DNA of 17,791 bases, from contig QHTZ01000042.1 of the NCBI GenBank assembly GCA_003221005.1, positions 1 to 17,791 on the forward strand. The letters are read 5' to 3'. The translations under genes and the position numbers were made by a program. This DNA comes from Gemmatimonadota bacterium (lineage in GTDB: Bacteria > Gemmatimonadota > Gemmatimonadetes > Gemmatimonadales > GWC2-71-9). This document shows positions 15,896-17,791 of the stretch, piece by piece. The notes beneath the pieces were generated by a model, which saw nothing but the letters and a program-made list of their open reading frames with translations, was not told the origin of the DNA and searched no databases. The stretch's first letter is position 1, and the number at the start of each line of letters is the position of its first letter.

Positions 15896-16731
15896 TCGGG
15901 AAGGGGGAAACGGGAAGCGGGAAAGGTGCAGCGGACCTGGCGACCGAGGCCGTGCGGCGGGAGCTTGGCGATTTCGCTCCCCGGGTCGCGGTCGTGCTCG
16001 GCTCGGGGCTCGGCGCGCTCGCGGAGACGGTGCGTGAGGCGCGGCGCGTGCCCTACGCGCGCATCCCCGGTTTCCCAGAGCCGGGCGTCGCGGGCCACAC
16101 AGGTCAGCTTGTGGCGGGCACCCTGGCCGGCGTGCCGGTGCTGGTGCAGCAAGGGCGCTTTCATTTGTATGAGGGGCATTCGGCCGCTACGGCCGCGCTT
16201 CCGGTGCGCGTATTCCACCGGTTGGGCGTCACCACGCTCGTCGTCACCAATGCAGCTGGTGGGCTGCGACCTACGTTCGAGGCGGGCTCCCTGATGCTCA
16301 TCGCTGACCACATCAACCTGATGTGGCGCAATCCGCTGTTCGGCCCCGTGGAGCCCGGCGAGGGGCGGTTCCCCGACATGAGCGATCCCTACGATGCGGA
16401 CCTCCGCGCCCTCGCTCGCGACGCAGCACGAGAGGCGAAGGTCCCGCTGGAGGAAGGGGTATACGCGGGGCTACTGGGGCCGTCGTATGAGACACCCGCA
16501 GAGATCCGGATGCTGCAGCGCCTCGGCGCCGATGCAGTGGGCATGTCCACCGTGCCGGAGGTCATCGCAGCTCGGGCGCGCGCCATGCGCGTGCTCGGGT
16601 TCTCCATGATCACGAACCTCGCCGCCGGACTCTCGGCCGAGAAGATCTCCCACGAGGACGTACTTGCGATGGGCAAGCGGGTAGCAGGCGATCTCGCGAA
16701 GCTGATCCAAGGAGTGCTCGTGAAGCTGTAG
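15892..16731 (+). CDS. punA: Purine nucleoside phosphorylase (trimeric PNP-I type)
   Basis: VVLGSGLG, VAGH, GRFHLYEG, TNAAGG, DHIN, RFPDMS, GPSYETPAE, GADAVGMSTVPE and ITN. ATGA overlap with add. Confidence 0.95.
   Translation: MIGKGETGSGKGAADLATEAVRRELGDFAPRVAVVLGSGLGALAETVREARRVPYARIPGFPEPGVAGHTGQLVAGTLAGVPVLVQQGRFHLYEGHSAATAALPVRVFHRLGVTTLVVTNAAGGLRPTFEAGSLMLIADHINLMWRNPLFGPVEPGEGRFPDMSDPYDADLRALARDAAREAKVPLEEGVYAGLLGPSYETPAEIRMLQRLGADAVGMSTVPEVIAARARAMRVLGFSMITNLAAGLSAEKISHEDVLAMGKRVAGDLAKLIQGVLVKL
15898..15926 (+). repeat. Heptamer tandem repeat (GGGAANN)x4 at the 5' end of punA
   Basis: GGGAAGG GGGAAAC GGGAAGC GGGAAAG. Confidence 0.7.
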
Positions 16732-16733
16732 CA

Positions 16734-16765
16734 CCCTTCCCCCTTTCCCCCGTCCCCCTTCCCCC
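16734..16765 (-). repeat. Same G-rich repeat family in inverted orientation after the punA stop
   Basis: Plus strand CCCTTCCCCCTTTCCCCCGTCCCCCTTCCCCC, i.e. five G-tracts on the minus strand. Confidence 0.7.
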
Positions 16766-16784
16766 AATTGTCTGACACCCCCGC

Positions 16785-16813
16785 TGCAACCCTGTCGTAG
16801 GGAGGACCGTCTC
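16785..16813 (+). promoter_or_regulatory. Putative ECF-sigma promoter (TGCAAC-N17-CGTCTC)
   Basis: AAC 16788-16790 and CGT 16808-16810 with 17 nt between them, about 40 nt before the ATG at 16854. Confidence 0.5.
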
Positions 16814-16853
16814 ATAGCTAGCAACAGTCGCGCCCCCCCGTCCTGAGACTTGC

Positions 16854-17791
16854 ATGCTCCTGGCCATCGCGCTGTGCCTGCTGTGCCCGACCGGCGATTC
16901 CCAGGCGGCCCCGGTCGGCGCACCCGCCCGCCTCGGGCCGCCAGCCGCGTTAGCCGAGGTACGGGCGTCGCGCTTGGCGCAGCCGATCGCTGTGGACGGC
17001 GTGCTCGCCGAGGTCGCGTGGCAGCAGGGGGTCCGCGTCTCCCGGTTCATTCAGCGCGACCCGATCGAGGGCGCGCAGCCCAGCGAGAGCACTGTCGTCT
17101 ATGTCGCGTATGACGACGCGGCGCTCTACGTCGCCGCCCGCCTGTACGACGGGCATCCCGACTCCATCGTGGCCCGCTTGGGCCGCCGCGACGCACAGCT
17201 CGATTCCGATCGCTTCACTGTCTTTCTCGACCCCTACCACGACCGCCGCAGCGGCTTCTACTTCGGGGTGAACGCCGCTGGCACGCTGTATGACGGCACG
17301 CTGTACAACGACGACTGGGACGACAACTCCTGGGACGGCGTGTGGGAGGGGCGGGCGCGCGTCGACAGCCTGGGGTGGACCGTCGAGCTGCGCATCCCGT
17401 ATTCGCAGCTCCGGTTTCGGGCGGCGGGCCGCTACGTGTGGGGCGTCAACTTCCGGCGTGAGATCACGCGGCACAACGAAACGGACTACCTCGTGGTCCG
17501 CCCCAAGAATGCGAGCGGGTTCGTGTCGCGGTTCGCGAATCTCACGGGGATCGACCGGATCGTCCCGCCGCGGCGGCTCGAGCTGCTGCCCTACGTCACG
17601 AGCAAGATCGAATATGCGCCGCTCGTAGCGGACGACCCCTTCCGCGCCGACGGTCGCTACTCCCCCGGCGCGGGCGCGGATCTCAAGGTCGGGATCGGCA
17701 GCAACCTCACGCTCAGCGGGTCGATCAACCCCGACTTCGGGCAGGTCGAGGTGGATCCCGCCGTCGTGAATCTGAGTGACGTCGAGACGTT
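16854..17791 (+). CDS. Exported CBM9-like / DUF5916-domain protein, 3' truncated by window edge
   Basis: Not in the ORF track because it has no stop in the window. Manual translation gives MLLAIALCLLC...IAVDGVLAEVAW...FIQRDP.EG...VAYDDAALYV...FLDPYHDRRSGFYFGVNAAG...WDGVW...GWTVELRIPYSQLRF...NPDFGQVEVDPAVVNLS. Confidence 0.85.
   Translation, partial: MLLAIALCLLCPTGDSQAAPVGAPARLGPPAALAEVRASRLAQPIAVDGVLAEVAWQQGVRVSRFIQRDPIEGAQPSESTVVYVAYDDAALYVAARLYDGHPDSIVARLGRRDAQLDSDRFTVFLDPYHDRRSGFYFGVNAAGTLYDGTLYNDDWDDNSWDGVWEGRARVDSLGWTVELRIPYSQLRFRAAGRYVWGVNFRREITRHNETDYLVVRPKNASGFVSRFANLTGIDRIVPPRRLELLPYVTSKIEYAPLVADDPFRADGRYSPGAGADLKVGIGSNLTLSGSINPDFGQVEVDPAVVNLSDVET

Overview
GC-rich bacterial chromosomal window of mostly housekeeping genes, with no mobile element, CRISPR, rRNA or tRNA seen. 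The gene style is compatible with Gemmatimonadota, which is inference only. Left to right: 3' part of a TPR-like protein; class I/II aminotransferase; a SAM-II riboswitch with its own terminator/antiterminator ahead of a threonine-synthase-like PLP enzyme and a MoaD/ThiS sulfur carrier; XdhC and a MocA-like nucleotidyltransferase; two hypothetical genes; a minus-strand dnaK-degP pair with a sigma54-type promoter; a divergent rhomboid protease; a translationally coupled minus-strand operon (ComEC-like MBL hydrolase, DUF3006-like, phoB, and an in-frame PhoR-N-terminus::PhoU chimera lacking the kinase core, with no pst genes); a divergent adenosine deaminase with an extra N-terminal domain plus purine nucleoside phosphorylase; and the start of a CBM9-like/DUF5916 protein. 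The strongest leads are (1) the SAM-repressed ThrC-like + sulfur-carrier module, probably homocysteine/methionine synthesis rather than threonine, and (2) the PhoR::PhoU fusion, which is either a real deletion product or an assembly artefact.
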